DNA of 64,000 nt, from positions 252,759-316,758 of the forward strand of contig CAVNZM010000013.1 of the NCBI GenBank assembly GCA_963693365.1. Reading direction: 5' to 3'. Position numbers and translations under genes: made by a program. The notes beneath the pieces were generated by a model that saw nothing but the letters and a program-made list of their open reading frames with translations, did not search any database and had not been told where the DNA came from. The stretch is from Amoebidium appalachense (Eukaryota > Protista > Ichthyosporea). Below, one piece after another: positions 39,265 to 50,496 of the stretch (its first letter is position 1; every line of letters starts with the position of its first letter).

Positions 39265-40563
39265 GGGGAACCCCAACTAATTGATTTCTCCTTGTAGTCT
39301 TTATGGTGTCTCGTAGAGAAAGTAAACCCTGATATATAGTCACCACCCGACATCTATGTACGTGATCATGATATACCGCTGAGGGGATATTCCGAGCAAA
39401 CCCCCCCCCCCCATACCTGAGACTGGTTCTCTTTGCCTCGAGTAAACAGCGTAAACCCCATGTGTATGTGTGCCAGTGCAGCAGGTGTGCCTTGTAACTG
39501 ATAGCTTCGCATTTTACGTGTGTGTATATATAGTAGTACACATAGACACTTGCTGATCATTCGGATCGACATTAATATTTAATCTGTCGGTCCTCGGTTT
39601 TTTGAGTGAATGATGATCAAGTGTAAGAGCATTCACTTGGCAAGTATTAATGTTGCAGAGGCTAGCTGCAGCTGCAAGCGTCGGATGCACACTGACAATT
39701 GTCTTTTCAGCGAGTCTAACCTGCAGGCTGCAGCTGCACACATATAGGGTTGTTATCTTGCGGCACATGCACGGTGATCATTTCAGAGTAATAGAGTTCA
39801 GAGCAATGAAAATAATGAAAATAACTAAACTTTGTGACTACTTTAAAGTTGCTGAGATCATACGTGGTGCAAGCTGCACTATGAACACATGTACAGTGCT
39901 AGTAATTAATACATTTTTGTTGCCTTCTGCAGGGTTATCGTAGCTACGTCACGGCCTGCACTCAGGGGGGGGAGGGGGGGGGGGGGGAGAGGGGGATGAT
40001 TCGAAGGGGGTATAAATAAGAACATGCACCTAAAGGTCTTTCCCGTGGATCCCTCCCCCCCCCCCCCCCCCCACCTCTCCCTCCCCCGGGGCCCCATACT
40101 ATGATATCTAGGCCCAATATTATATGCCCCCTTCCCCCCCCCCCCCCCCCCCCCTCTCCGGATCCCCGGACCCCACTTCCCTACCCGGAGGCTCAAGAGC
40201 TCCCCCCCCCTTCCCCCCCCCCTTCCCCCCCCCCCCCCCCCCCCCCAAGGCTACGGGGGCCCTTCTTCATCGAGGGGGAGGGGGTGGGGGTGGGGGGGGT
40301 GGGGGGTGGGGGTGGGGGGAGGGAAGTGGAAGGCGGGGGTGGATGCATGTCAGCCTAGGTGAATTCAATTGTTTAACTCCAGTGTGCAGGACTGGTCTGA
40401 AGGCTTAAGAAAACAACGAGGAAATGGGGTCCAGTGGAGGTGGTGGTGGTGTTCTGTGTGTGTGTGTACACGTGCACGTATGTGTGTGGTTTTTTTAAGG
40501 GGTGAGTGGTGGTGGTGGTGGTGGTGGTGGTCACCGTGGTGGTGGTGTGTGTGTCTGGTGTGT

Positions 40564-40611
<48 letters not shown>

Positions 40612-41663
40612 TAGAAAGAAAAACTGCTCGTGGGTCACTGTTTTTCGTCACTGTATTTGTAACGGGCCGCTCATATTTATATAACTACTTTAATTTAAGT
40701 ACACGTGTTCATTATCATATACGATGGCCAAATATAGAAATTTTGGCGTCGAAGTTCTTGGAGCTAAAAAAACGTGTAAAAGGGGGAAATAATAGCTTGG
40801 CCCCAAATTTACCTTGCCGTTTTTAGCGAATGTATTTTTTATTCATGAGTTCTAGTGATTCAGTGAGTGCACGTGCCTGCCTCAGGCTGATCATGACAAC
40901 TGCAACACACCATTCCTACATGGATATCAACCAAAAGAAAATAGTATATACTGTGGTGGTCTCCTAAACCTTGTGCGGCATGCGCATACATGATATTACA
41001 GTGACGCATGTGCATATTATTGTTCTGTACACCGGAGTGTGCCGGTGCACGTGGCTGTTTTGTGCACATGTTACAATAGCAGCACGATCTCCCTAAACTC
41101 CATGTTTACACATCCCTCACCCTGGCTCTGCCTTGTCGGTGCTCCAAAACACACATACAAATCCCCCTAGACTCAGTGCCTGCACATGGTCGCATACACG
41201 TGCAGGTCACGTGACACATGCGATGCCATACTGCCGTCTACAGCAACAACCACGGCAGCATGTATACCGGCCCAGCACGAAATATACTTATCGGCAGCCC
41301 ACTGAACTCGCCCATTTTCTCTTTTTCATGTATGTCCCTCCTTTTTTGTAAAATCACCCTTTTTGGCCTCCCGGTAGTGGATTTTGCAGGATTTGACTTC
41401 TTTGAGGTCCAAAAACCTCAAATTTTCCCCGGCGGGGCCGGGGAGGGAGAATTCAAAAATTGCCCGCTCCTGATATGGTACCCGGGCCACGGCAAGCCCC
41501 CAGTCATCAATTTATTGATCCGTGAGGTCCATGTGCCCAAAAAACGGGGGAAGTCTTTGCCCCGTGAAAAAACAGCACGTATGTGTGGATCAATGGGGGT
41601 TGTGTGTGGGTGTAGGTGGGTGGGTGAAAAGGAATATATAGCTGTAAGGCTGTGGATGCTAAA

Positions 41664-41910
41664 TGTTATGTGGCTCACCGATCTGGTTTTTGATTGGTGA
41701 GGCTGGATGGCATTCCTGTCCCACAATCACGGCTACGAAATTGCTTTGGTATAAAAGCAATTCGGTAGGTCAGTTCATCTGGGGAATGATTGCCGGTAAT
41801 GGTGATCTGGCACAATAAATGGTTGCGCCTTTCAATGACGTACACCTAGCCCGCCACATAGTAACAGTAAGCCAAGCTCCCAAAAGAGCGACCGCGAGCC
41901 GGACACGACA
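41664..41910 (+). mobile_element. Solo LTR (247 bp) inserted in Ngaro A2
   Basis: TGTTATGTG...CACGACA termini; 5-bp TSD CTAAA (41659-41663, 41911-41915); TATAAAA and AATAAA inside; intact A copies show the empty site. Confidence 0.85.
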
Positions 41911-42342
41911 CTAAACACAGAAGATGTGTTTGTAGCTTGCTGATCTGCTAAAAACTGTCGTGCTTATATACCTAAGCCTACTGATCTGAGCCAATCAAAA
42001 ATCGATCTAGTGATATGTGAAATCTGATCCGAGCCAATCATAACTCGGTCTAGTGATCTGTGGTATCTGATGTTTTGGTTGGCTAATAGGTGCCCGTGTG
42101 CGGGCAGCCAACCGCTAACTGCTAAAACACGAAATGAAGCCTACATGGTTATGTTGGTATCGAACACCCATCCTACGTGTTTACCCAGAAAAATATTTAT
42201 GTCAATAATTTCCACAAATAAAACCTCTATGAAAACTACTCCGGGACGTGTGTTGCCTCTAGGGGGACATCCCCTTGGACGAAAGTGAACCTGCAATGGT
42301 TGTAAACCACGGCACGAGAGCAGTATGCTTGCTCCAAAGGTT

Positions 42343-43329
42343 TCACTTAAGAATAGAGGCGAATACACGTGTGGTGGTGGCAGCAATGGAGGCCGGACGA
42401 AGTCGGGTATAGATCAGGAAGCAGTCGGAGGACCACCTGCCGAGTTGTTTGATCCGGGAGTCGTCGACCCCGGCCTCAGCCAGTGCTGTGGCCCCCCCGA
42501 TGCGGAGGCTGTGTCCGGCAAACCGGGAGGGTGAGAGGCCTGCCCGGGAGAGGAGGGCACGGAAATCGGCAGAGAAAGCACTCTTGGTGTAGGGGAGGCC
42601 ACCGAGACTGAAGAGGGGGTCGTCGGGTTGACCGGTCGTTGTATCCAGGAACTGCCGGAGGAGATGGGCTGGGGAGAAGTGGGTGAGGGGCAGGGCAGCT
42701 AGGGTGACGTTGACACCTCGGGCCTGTACATCCGTCTTAGAGGTTGGCAGGTGGAGGGTGGCATGGGACAAAGTACCGGTGGGGGTGTAGCTGAAGGTCA
42801 CGTCCTTCCGTTTAACGTGACGGGACGGGTCGAAAGAAGTCAGGGTCTTGGAGGTAAATTCCCCTGAACGGAGGAGACCACAGAAACCGACGATGAGGGC
42901 CGTCCATAGCCGGAGATTGGCCGAGGAGGCCTGGGTGGGGCACTGGCCATGGAGTAGGCGGAGGTGGGAGGGGAGAAGGGGTTCCCTGGTGGATGAGCGG
43001 GGTCGGATGTTGTGAGAAAGCTGCCATCGGCCCACCCCCCGTAGGAACCAGGCCAGAGACTTGGTGATGGCCGAATTGTAGCCGGTTAAGTAAGAGGCCT
43101 GTACCCCTCGTTGGGCACACCAGGCGAGAAAAAGTTGCACGGTGTGTGGGGAGGCCGGGAGGGAGGACCCGGAGGAGGATTGCAGCCGAGATGCCACACA
43201 GAAATCGATGAACACATTTTGCACCCGGGAGTAAAAGGCCCGAGAGTCGAGGTTGAGACTCAGGGCCTGGCATTCCTGCAGGGTAGTGGTGGCTCGAAGC
43301 AGCTCGGCCGGAGCAAAGTGGGGGGCCAA
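42343..43329 (-). CDS. Tyrosine recombinase (open, 328 aa; 15-aa in-frame deletion relative to the 10717 copy)
   Basis: LLRSGE, SKTD, GHSLRIGG, GRWSS, IYTR motifs. Confidence 0.9.
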   Translation of the reverse strand: MAPHFAPAELLRATTTLQECQALSLNLDSRAFYSRVQNVFIDFCVASRLQSSSGSSLPASPHTVQLFLAWCAQRGVQASYLTGYNSAITKSLAWFLRGVGRWQLSHNIRPRSSTREPLLPSHLRLLHGQCPTQASSANLRLWTALIVGFCGLLRSGEFTSKTLTSFDPSRHVKRKDVTFSYTPTGTLSHATLHLPTSKTDVQARGVNVTLAALPLTHFSPAHLLRQFLDTTTGQPDDPLFSLGGLPYTKSAFSADFRALLSRAGLSPSRFAGHSLRIGGATALAEAGVDDSRIKQLGRWSSDCFLIYTRLRPASIAATTTRVFASILK

Positions 43330-43930
43330 TCTGCCAGTGTTGCTCCGGAACGGGAGATCTGGGGGGGGGGGGGGGGGGGGGTTAGCCCAAGGGAAGGGAT
43401 AGGAACTCGTGGACCCAGGAGGGGAAGGGGCAGGGCTCCGGTTGCAGGGAAGGTCGGAGTCGTCGGGCCCGGGGAAGTTGGTCTGCGGGTCAGGCGCTTA
43501 GGTGCCGCGGCAGGGGCGGCGGCTGAGGCCTGGCGCTTTTTCGGCGGCATGCTGACCGGCGTAGGGAAAGATAGGGAGAATGAAAAGGAATATATAGCTG
43601 TAAGGCTGTGGATGCTAAACACAGAAGATGTGTTTGTAGCTTGCTGATCTGCTAAAAACTGTCGTGCTTATATACCTAAGCCTACTGATCTGAGCCAATC
43701 AAAAATCGATCTAGTGATATGTGAAATCTGATCCGAGCCAATCATAACTCGGTCTAGTGATCTGTGGTATCTGATGTTTTGGTTGGCTAATAGGTGCCCG
43801 TGTGTGGGCAGCCAACCGCTAACTGCTAAAACACGACATGAAGCCTACATGGTTATGTTGGTATCGAACACCCATCCTACGTGTTTACCCAGAAAAATAT
43901 TTATGTCAATAATTTCCACAAATAAAACCT

Positions 43931-44220
43931 GACCCGTGTGACCCTCGTACTCCAGGGGCACATTTACCATCCCCCCCATAAACTTTGTGGTAATTGTCTG
44001 GTGCTAGAGGCTGTTCTGTGGGTAGTTATTGAAAAACCAATAATGTCTAGGTAACATATGTACATATACTATGCTACAAGGTGGGTTCTATACGAGCTAC
44101 AACATTGTGTTTTTTTCGTGTGACCCTCGTACTCCAGGGGCACATTCACCATCCCCCCTTATAATTTGTGGTGAATTTCTCGTGGTAGAAGCTACTCTGT
44201 GGGTAGTTATTGAAAAAACC
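43931..44220 (+). repeat. ~180-bp satellite (same family as 14850-15417)
   Basis: Shared unit sequence and orientation. Confidence 0.85.
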
Positions 44221-44374
44221 CGATGCTTATAAGTAACGCATGCACAAATTGTCATCATAGCATTATACTACCACAGTAGTTGGTCGACAATCGAGTGATA
44301 CAGCATGGTGACAGGATACGAATTCACCGAGGACTCACTCAACGAGATGAACGAGCGTTACAGAACGTACGTGT

Positions 44375-44417
<43 letters not shown>

Positions 44418-44580
44418 GCCCCCCTGTCTTCCCCTCCTTCCCACTACGACCCCCCCCCCCCCCCCCCTCCCTGCACGTGTCTAGGTGTATAGATCCTACA
44501 GGTAATGATGGCAGAACTTTCGCCATTTGGTAATGGACTCCGTGCCGCTCTAGTGCATTATATTGTAAAGTAATATCACC

Positions 44581-44810
44581 AACAAAAAACGCAGGCTCGG
44601 CAAAGCTGCGTACGAGTGCTTCAAGGACTCCACCAAAAACGAACTCAAAACATCGAAATTCCATGCTGGTGTGCATTATTCTGACGACTATCGCCTCTTT
44701 GGCCCGGTGGAGTCAGCTGAGAGCTGGGAGCGTGCACACAAATACTGCTGCAAGATGCCGTATCGTATGACCGACAAGAACTCTGCATTGAATATTTTGC
44801 AGTTGAGTAC
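44581..44810 (+). pseudogene. Plavaka/CMC-type transposase C-terminal fragment
   Basis: In-frame KFHAGVHYSDDYRLFG..ESWERAH..KMPYRMT resembles the KxH..HY..IR.FG..E..ERxH..K..YR.T motif. Confidence 0.6.
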
Positions 44811-45084
44811 TAGTACTCCAAAATATGGTGAAATCTACGATATCCGGCGAGCATGTTTGTATGTCGTAGTCCACATGTCGACGATATTATGTATCGTCTT
44901 ACGACCGTTTGTACCGTACGATATATCGTTTTACGACAGTAATATGGATGGTATTGTTACAGTCTTGGGGATGGCCCATGGATATACATAAGGCGTGTTA
45001 TGGATTATGTTTGGACATCTTTATTACACCTACTAGACATGTGAACCACCGAAAGGTGGATACTACAAGATGGATACATTTGCA

Positions 45085-45365
45085 CGGTTAATAACGTACA
45101 GGGATTGATGGGGGCCCAACCAAATTTTGCATTAGGCAGTGTCTCTGTGTGGGTGATGTAACAAAACCGGTCGGACTGTCCCCCCATTTCTGTGGGAAAA
45201 GTTATTGACCGTTGTACGTCCATATTATGCAAAATGCGCTGTAATACATAGGGAAAGGGGGGGGATTCAACGGTTAATAACGTGCAGGGGATTGTTGGGA
45301 GCACAACCAAACTTTGCATTAGGCAGTTTCTCTGTGTGGGGGGTCTAACAAAACCGGTCGGAATG
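45085..45365. repeat. Imperfect direct duplication, ~185-bp period
   Basis: ACGGTTAATAACGT...TTTGCATTAGGCAG...TAACAAAACCGGTCGGA occurs twice. Confidence 0.75.
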
Positions 45366-45479
45366 GGGGGATATCACCACTTTCATTCCGCGGCCACCTG
45401 ATGAGCCTCATCCGCTTTCCATGAGGCGTGCAAAAACAAATTCACATGTCAGTTGCGCCCGTTAGATAATCTCCTTGTG

Positions 45480-45677
45480 ATCATTATGATGACCGTATGG
45501 ATTTTGGTATGTGATCACTATAATGATCGTATGAGGCATAGAATGAGATCATTATGATGATCGTATGGGGGTATAACTAGCGATCCTTATGGTGGTCGTA
45601 TGGGGCATATAATGAGATCATTATAAATGATCGTATGGGGGTATAATTAGCGATCCTTATGGTGGTCGTATGGGGCT
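45480..45677. repeat. ~69-bp tandem repeat
   Basis: AATGAGATCATTAT...GATCGTATGGGGGTATAA..AGCGATCCTTATGGTGGTCGTATGGGGC twice plus degenerate units. Confidence 0.75.
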
Positions 45678-45731
45678 TCTATGAAAAACTACTCCGGGGG
45701 TCATTCATTCCCAGGACACCCCTACCCCCCA

Positions 45732-45767
<36 letters not shown>

Positions 45768-45768
45768 C

Positions 45769-45816
<48 letters not shown>

Positions 45817-45869
45817 TACTATATATATATACATAAAACTATTGTACTTATACATTATAAAACCCCCAA

Positions 45870-45929
<60 letters not shown>

Positions 45930-46396
45930 ATATATATACTATATGATATATATATATACACATAAAACTATTGTACTTATACATTATAAAAACAGTATTT
46001 ATTATTGCAGAATTCGCCGTTTCTTATTAGTTTACAGACGTCGGAAAGGTTTTATTTGTGGAAATTATTGACATAAATATTTTTCTGGGTAAACACGTAG
46101 GATGGGTGTTCGATACTGTTGTAACCATGTAGGCTTCATTTCGTGTTTTAGCAGTTAGCGGTTGGCTGCCCGCACACGGGCACCTATTAGCCAACCAAAA
46201 CATCAGATACCACAGATCACTAGACCGAGTTATGATTGGCTCGGATCAGATTTCACATATCACTAGATCGATTTTTGATTGGCTCAGATCAGTAGGCTTA
46301 GGTATATAAGCACGACAGTTTTTAGCAGATCAGCAAGCTACAAACACATCTTCTGTGTTTAGCATCCACAGCCTTACAGCTATATATTCCTTTTCA

Positions 46397-46588
46397 GTTT
46401 ACGCTGTTTACTCGAGGCAAAGAGAACCAGTCTCAGGTATGGGGGGGGGGGGTTTGCTCGGAATATCCCCTCAGCGGTATATCATGATCACGTACATAGA
46501 TGTCGGGTGGTGACTATATATCAGGGTTTACTTTCTCTACGAGACACCATAAAGTCTACAAGGAGAAATCAATTAGTTGGGGTTCCCC

Positions 46589-46628
<40 letters not shown>

Positions 46629-46661
46629 GGGCTCCCCCTCGGGACACTCGGTATCAGCTGG

Positions 46662-46718
<57 letters not shown>

Positions 46719-46876
46719 TGTGTGTGTGTGCGCGTGCGCTATAATTTTGTAGTGATGTGTTTCTCAAGCCAATCAATACATCTAATAAACAGGTCGTAGT
46801 TACGCGTGTTTAGTATAAAATCAAGGATGTTGTAATTTACAGGTAGGCTATCTTTCTGGGTGTCTGTTGTGAATGT
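46397..46876 (-). mobile_element. LINE family 1 3' fragment inside the Ngaro element
   Basis: Reverse complement of the ORF2 end, (CA)n, poly(A) and tail; terminal CCC missing. Confidence 0.92.
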
Positions 46877-47654
46877 ACTTTGGACTCAGCACATCACTCG
46901 CCTCAGCACCCGATACCCGTGGGCCCAGATCCACAACTATGACGTATACGCCCGCACCGTGGCCCACCAGCAGGGTCGGGCTCCGATCGAGTGTCCCAAC
47001 CTGCTCGCCCAACTCCACCAGGATCTCCTCCTGCCACCCACTCTGCTCATCCCGGACGCATGTCAGCGCTGCGGCTTCCCCGACCACCCCAGCGCGGCCT
47101 GCCCCATGTACCCCAAGCCCGGCTGTGGTCTTGACGGCTTTAAGCCGCCCCACAAGCCCGGCGGGGGCCAAACCCCTAACCGCCCTGGCCCGCAACCCGG
47201 CCCGGCAAAACCGGCCCGACCCGTGGATCTACCCGCGACGCACTGCAGGAATTTCCACATTAACGGTCGGTCCTGCGCTAAGCAGCCCTGCCCCTTCTCC
47301 CACGTGTGCCCGCTCTGCTCTGGCACACACCCCCGCAAAGACTGCAAGCACAATGCCTAGTCTACGCGCACACCCACACACACAGCTAGAACATAGGGGT
47401 TAGGAGCTAGGACACACGAGTACAGGGAAACGGAGCTCGGGAGAACGGGCCAATAGGGCTGAGTACAAAATTTCGCAGGCCAACTACGGCGCCCGCGCGC
47501 GTCAAGAATAAATGTCCCTACACAAAGACGTTTATTCTGGCCACTGCACATAATTTTACTCCCCCCCCCCACGAGCCTCCCCCCCCCCCCCCTCACACTC
47601 ACCTAGCACTCCCTCCCCCCCTTCTTCTACCTCTGTGTCCGCCCACACCCCCGC

Positions 47655-49460
47655 GTGCTCGGGCACATTCCCCTGCACAGGGCCCCGCTGCCCTCCCTGC
47701 CAACCCTCACTTGGGCCCAGCTGCCCTACTCTAACCCCCCGGGGCCCTGCTGCCCCCCCCCCCCCCCCCCCCCCCCGCTGCCGGGATCTCCCCAAGGGTA
47801 CACCACCCTTGCTAACCACCCCTTCCCCCGAGGCTCAGACCCGGAGGCCCGCCCGCTGCCCCAGCACCACATTGACACCTCCCGCCTCCGGGAACTGCTG
47901 GCCTCCTACCCGGACCAATCATTCGCCGCACAACTCCTCCACGATGTCGAATTCGGCGTCGACATCGGCTATCGCGGCCCCTCCACCTCTCGGGTGGGCC
48001 CCAACCTACCCACCACCCCGGAGGCAGCTGCCGCTATCACGGTGGATATTGCCAAAGAAGTCGCCCTCGGCCACCTGCGCGGCCCCCTCTCCCCGGCCCA
48101 ATTCTTTGACGAATTTCCAGTCCACCGTTCCTCCCCCATCGGCGCCGTTACCAAGAAAGGGAACCCCCCCAAGTACCGTCGAATCCACCACCTCTCCTGG
48201 CCCCGGGGTAGCAGTGTCAATGACAGCATCACCTACCCCGACGAACTTCAGTACATTCGCGCCCGGGATGTCACCCAACTCATTCTCGACGCAGGCCCCA
48301 GCTGCTACATGGCCGTGGCAGATGTGCAGGCTGCCTTCCGGCACATGCCCATCCGACCGGAAGACCACCACTTAATGGCATTCAAATGGCAAGGGCATTT
48401 TTACGTTGAAACCAGACTGCCCTTCGGCCTGAAATCTAGCCCAGCCATCTGGGAACGGATCGCGGCCACCCTACAGTGGCTGGCACACCAGCACGGTATT
48501 ACCCTCATCCGCCACTACGTAGACGACTGGATTATAGTCGCCCCCACACAAGAGCAGTGCCAACGTCACCTATCCACCTTCCTGCAACTCTGCCGAGAGC
48601 TGCACATTGCCATCTCCGAAGACAAGATGCAGGGCCCGGCTACCCGTGTCGTCTTCATCGGTATCGAATTCGACTCCATCGCCATGGAGGCACGAATCCC
48701 GGCTTCCAAGCTCTCGGACCTACTCGATCTCACTTCCCACCCAAAGCCCACCATCACCATTCGGGACCTCCAGTCCCTCCTCGGCAAACTCACCTGGTGT
48801 GCCCAGCTGGTTCCCCCCGGGAGGGCCTTCTCCCAGCGCCTATGGGCCCTTCTCCGGACCCACCCACACCTTGCCGGCCACCACCACATACGACTGACTG
48901 CTGCCGCCCGGGCCGACATAGCAGAATGGCACCAGTTCCTCACATCATGGAATGGGGTGCACCTCATCACACCCCCCACATACACCACCCTGGCCACTGA
49001 TGCTGCCGGATCGGTGGGTCTAGGAGGCCACTGGCTCGACCAATGGTTCTTCATGCCCTGGTCCCCCTCCACCCAAGCCCTCTATGCTCATGAGGGTAAA
49101 CTCGGTTCTTCCGTCATCGAACTCCTGGCCATCGCAGCCGCCGTGGCCCTCTGGGCCCCCTCCTGGTCCACCCACCATGTCCGTATTTTATGCGACAACA
49201 CGGGTGCTGTGTCTGACCTGCACTCCCGGTCTTCCCCCCACCCCGTGATGGCCAAACTTATTCGGTTCATCACCCGCATGGAAATGCAATACCAATTTAC
49301 GTTACAGGCATCCTACCTACCAGGACCCCTCAACCATCTGGCCGATGCCATTTCTCGTAACCAACTTCCCCGGGCCCGACGACTCCGACCTTCCCTGCAA
49401 CCGGAGCCCTGCCCCTTCCCCTCCTGGGTCCACGAGTTCCTATCCCTTCCCTTGGGCTAA
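47655..49460 (+). CDS. Ngaro reverse transcriptase + RNase H (true start uncertain)
   Basis: SSPIGAVTKK, YRRIHHLSWP, ADVQAAFR, LPFGLKSSP, YVDD; RH ATDAAG, IELLAI, CDN, NHLADAISR. Confidence 0.93.
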   Translation: MLGHIPLHRAPLPSLPTLTWAQLPYSNPPGPCCPPPPPPPPLPGSPQGYTTLANHPFPRGSDPEARPLPQHHIDTSRLRELLASYPDQSFAAQLLHDVEFGVDIGYRGPSTSRVGPNLPTTPEAAAAITVDIAKEVALGHLRGPLSPAQFFDEFPVHRSSPIGAVTKKGNPPKYRRIHHLSWPRGSSVNDSITYPDELQYIRARDVTQLILDAGPSCYMAVADVQAAFRHMPIRPEDHHLMAFKWQGHFYVETRLPFGLKSSPAIWERIAATLQWLAHQHGITLIRHYVDDWIIVAPTQEQCQRHLSTFLQLCRELHIAISEDKMQGPATRVVFIGIEFDSIAMEARIPASKLSDLLDLTSHPKPTITIRDLQSLLGKLTWCAQLVPPGRAFSQRLWALLRTHPHLAGHHHIRLTAAARADIAEWHQFLTSWNGVHLITPPTYTTLATDAAGSVGLGGHWLDQWFFMPWSPSTQALYAHEGKLGSSVIELLAIAAAVALWAPSWSTHHVRILCDNTGAVSDLHSRSSPHPVMAKLIRFITRMEMQYQFTLQASYLPGPLNHLADAISRNQLPRARRLRPSLQPEPCPFPSWVHEFLSLPLG

Positions 49461-49508
49461 CCCCCCCCCCCCCCCCCAGATCTCCCGTTCCGGAGCAACA
49501 CTGGCAGA

Positions 49509-50496
49509 TTGGCCCCCCACTTTGCTCCGGCCGAGCTGCTTCGAGCCACCACTACCCTGCAGGAATGCCAGGCCCTGAGTCTCAACCTCGACTCTCGGGC
49601 CTTTTACTCCCGGGTGCAAAATGTGTTCATCGATTTCTGTGTGGCATCTCGGCTGCAATCCTCCTCCGGGTCCTCCCTCCCGGCCTCCCCACACACCGTG
49701 CAACTTTTTCTCGCCTGGTGTGCCCAACGAGGGGTACAGGCCTCTTCCTTAACCGGCTACAATTCGGCCATCACCAAGTCTCTGGCCTGGTTCCTACGGG
49801 GGGTGGGCCGATGGCAGCTTTCTCACAACATCCGACCCCGCTCATCCACCAGGGAACCCCCTTCTCCCCTCCCACCTCCGCCTACTCCATGGCCAGTGCC
49901 CCACCCAGGCCTCCTCGGCCAATCTCCGGCTATGGACGGCCCTCATCGTCGGTTTCTGTGGTCTCCTCCGTTCAGGGGAATTTACCTCCAAGACCCTGAC
50001 TTCTTTCGACCCGTCCCGTCACGTTAAACGGAAGGACGTGACCTTCAGCTACACCCCCACCGGTACTTTGTCCCATGCCACCCTCCACCTGCCAACCTCT
50101 AAGACGGATGTACAGGCCCGAGGTGTCAACGTCACCCTAGCTGCCCTGCCCCTCACCCACTTCTCCCCAGCCCATCTCCTCCGGCAGTTCCTGGATACAA
50201 CGACCGGTCAACCCGACGACCCCCTCTTCAGTCTCGGTGGCCTCCCCTACACCAAGAGTGCTTTCTCTGCCGATTTCCGTGCCCTCCTCTCCCGGGCAGG
50301 CCTCTCACCCTCCCGGTTTGCCGGACACAGCCTCCGCATCGGGGGGGCCACAGCACTGGCTGAGGCCGGGGTCGACGACTCCCGGATCAAACAACTCGGC
50401 AGGTGGTCCTCCGACTGCTTCCTGATCTATACCCGACTTCGTCCGGCCTCCATTGCTGCCACCACCACACGTGTATTCGCCTCTATTCTTAAGTGA
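49509..50496 (+). CDS. Tyrosine recombinase (frameshift in a C run near 49860)
   Basis: Almost identical to 42343-43329, including the 15-aa deletion. Confidence 0.88.

Larger units (their letters stand above)
34636..39459 (+). mobile_element. Non-LTR retrotransposon family 1, copy 2 (lacks ~36 bp of the 5' end of copy 1)
   Basis: Colinear with 2767-7593; ends GTAAACCCC; flanks ACACAT| and |ATGTGT. Confidence 0.92.
41487..43930 (-). mobile_element. Ngaro-type element reduced to YR only; A1 43581-43930, B1 42227-42314, A2 41625-42226, B2 remnant 41487-41494
   Basis: Split direct repeats; gag start MPPKKRQ fused directly to the end of RNase H near 43480. Confidence 0.9.

Noticed and set aside
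45357-45455. Hammerhead ribozyme (CTGATGA + GCCTCAT/ATGAGGC stem)
   Set aside because: Stem II is followed by GTGC rather than GAAA, and stems I/III cannot be closed canonically.
47353-47403. ATGCCTAG stop/start overlap at the Ngaro gag end, similar to LINE ATGCCTAA
   Set aside because: The ATG opens only 16 codons in both copies, so it is not the RT start.
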